IMG/VR virus record: IMGVR_UViG_3300012931_000015
Coordinates: 32,001 to 96,000 of that record
DNA: 64,000 nt
Origin: a virus
Strand: one strand, 5' to 3'
The position numbers and the translations under genes are program-made. The stretch's first letter is position 1. Each line of letters begins with the position of its first letter. The notes below the pieces were generated by a model. That model was given only the letters and a program-made list of their open reading frames with translations. It was not told where the DNA came from and made no database searches. This document shows positions 62,761 to 64,000 of this stretch, one piece after another.

Positions 62761-64000
62761 TTATTCCTCAATAGTCTGGTCATCTTCAATATTTGTTATT
62801 CCTGTGTCTAATTCTTTTGTTTCGTGCTCTAAAAATTTTGTGGATTTTAATTTATAAGCTTCGATACCACTTTTTTCAATTCTTAACACAATACCTTCTC
62901 TTGGCACAACACAAGAAATATTCATTAGTTCGTTACCCTCAAGATAATCTTTTTTTAGTTTTTCAAGTAAATTTTCAGAAAATTCTTTACTAGAGTCATA
63001 TTCTTCACTATACCCCTGTTCAATCCAATCAAAAACTTTATAGGCAAACCCATAATATAATAATGGTACTGCCTTTATTCCATTTTCTTTGCACCAGTCC
63101 TGTACCTGTTTCATTGAGTATTCAAATACTTTACCATCAATATTTGTAAAAGTTATCCGATAAACATATATTTCAAATTGCCCCTGATTACAACCATAAT
63201 CATATCCTTTCTGAATATAACTGTTGTCCCCTAGATAACCAACTATTTCATAATAAATTGTCATGTTATTCTGCAATATTGGTAATAACCTGTCGTGAGC
63301 TCTTTTCCAAATATCTTCACTATAAAAGTCTGTAGGTTTCTTTGGGGTTTTATCATTATAAACAAACTGATTTTTTATAACACGGCGGGAAGCATACAAG
63401 TCTCTGTATTCTTTATCAACAATATTAACCCCAACTCTTTTTAGAATTTTCTCAAGAATGTTTAGTTTTTTGTTACATAAAATTTTACTTGATATAGAAC
63501 TTGTCCCGTGCATTTTTAAAGTTAAGGAAATTAAATCTTTTCCATTAGAATCAAGTTTATGTAAATTTCTTCCTAATTGTGAAGTATCTTCATGAAAATG
63601 AAATTGATTTTCAATAAGTAAATTAAATCTATTAAGATATTCTTTTCGTTTCTGCCCTGATCTCGATGTTGAATCATTTCTAACTACAACATATTTTTCA
63701 CATATTTTTATTCCGTTTAATTCATCAAACTCTGTACCTTCTATAAATCTATTATTATCAACATCTTCATATATTGCTGGAGAAGGAATATTTTTAAGAC
63801 TTTCAATAGGTATCCAAAACCCTTCTGATTTATTTTGTCGAAACTTAGCACACCTTATTCTTCCATTTTCTTCAAAGTAGCCTTTCTTTTCTTTATCAAC
63901 ATTTAGTTCCGGTTTTCTATAAAGATTATTATATGATAAAAATTCAGGTGATAGCTTTGTTTCAACAGGAAAAAATAACCCTAAATCACCAATTTTAACA
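62761..64000 (-). CDS. ATP-dependent RNA ligase (DRB0094/Rnl2-like with N-terminal OB domain), 5' end outside the window
   Basis: Open frame to the window edge: GDLGLFFP.E...K.R...SEG...TLKMHGTS...YEIVG...YVYRI...VP...EGIVLR...KLKS..FL. Confidence 0.8.
   Translation of the reverse strand, partial: VKIGDLGLFFPVETKLSPEFLSYNNLYRKPELNVDKEKKGYFEENGRIRCAKFRQNKSEGFWIPIESLKNIPSPAIYEDVDNNRFIEGTEFDELNGIKICEKYVVVRNDSTSRSGQKRKEYLNRFNLLIENQFHFHEDTSQLGRNLHKLDSNGKDLISLTLKMHGTSSISSKILCNKKLNILEKILKRVGVNIVDKEYRDLYASRRVIKNQFVYNDKTPKKPTDFYSEDIWKRAHDRLLPILQNNMTIYYEIVGYLGDNSYIQKGYDYGCNQGQFEIYVYRITFTNIDGKVFEYSMKQVQDWCKENGIKAVPLLYYGFAYKVFDWIEQGYSEEYDSSKEFSENLLEKLKKDYLEGNELMNISCVVPREGIVLRIEKSGIEAYKLKSTKFLEHETKELDTGITNIEDDQTIEE

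Noticed and set aside
1-64000. Alternative genetic code (stop-codon recoding)
   Set aside because: Long genes are intact in the standard code, and TAA, TAG and TGA all end genes at sensible positions.
1-64000. CRISPR array or cas genes
   Set aside because: No regularly spaced repeats were seen; the RuvC protein has TnpB size and motifs with no adjacent array.

Overview
This window is a 64 kb piece of a large, very AT-rich lytic myophage genome (probably jumbo-sized) using the standard genetic code. Lipoproteins and a spanin-like protein suggest a diderm host. Contents from left to right: (1) tail fibre and lysis genes on the + strand; (2) a minus-strand contractile-tail module (gp25-like wedge, spike tip and spike, gp53-like wedge, tube initiator, tape measure, neck proteins) interrupted by homing endonucleases; (3) an M23 peptidase, an intein-containing DnaX-like clamp loader and a solo TnpB; (4) a large, dispersed set of glycosyltransferase and sugar-nucleotide genes; (5) an intein-containing class II ribonucleotide reductase with thioredoxin, MazG-like and HAD enzymes, and DNA methyltransferases; (6) an 11-tRNA array, a nucleotidyltransferase and an RNA ligase. 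Two + strand islands of small genes sit behind near-identical sigma70-type promoters. The most striking observation is a classical ribosome-dependent transcription attenuator in front of the tRNA array. It consists of a consensus promoter, an unannotated 45-codon leader ORF containing codons for all 11 downstream tRNAs, an antiterminator overlapping the leader stop codon, and a mutually exclusive intrinsic terminator. This suggests a phage sensor that switches on its own tRNAs when host tRNAs are depleted. Other findings include a candidate late-promoter motif TACTAATA, three unannotated structured elements and a candidate single-chain spanin. All calls come from reading the sequence by eye; no database searches were run.
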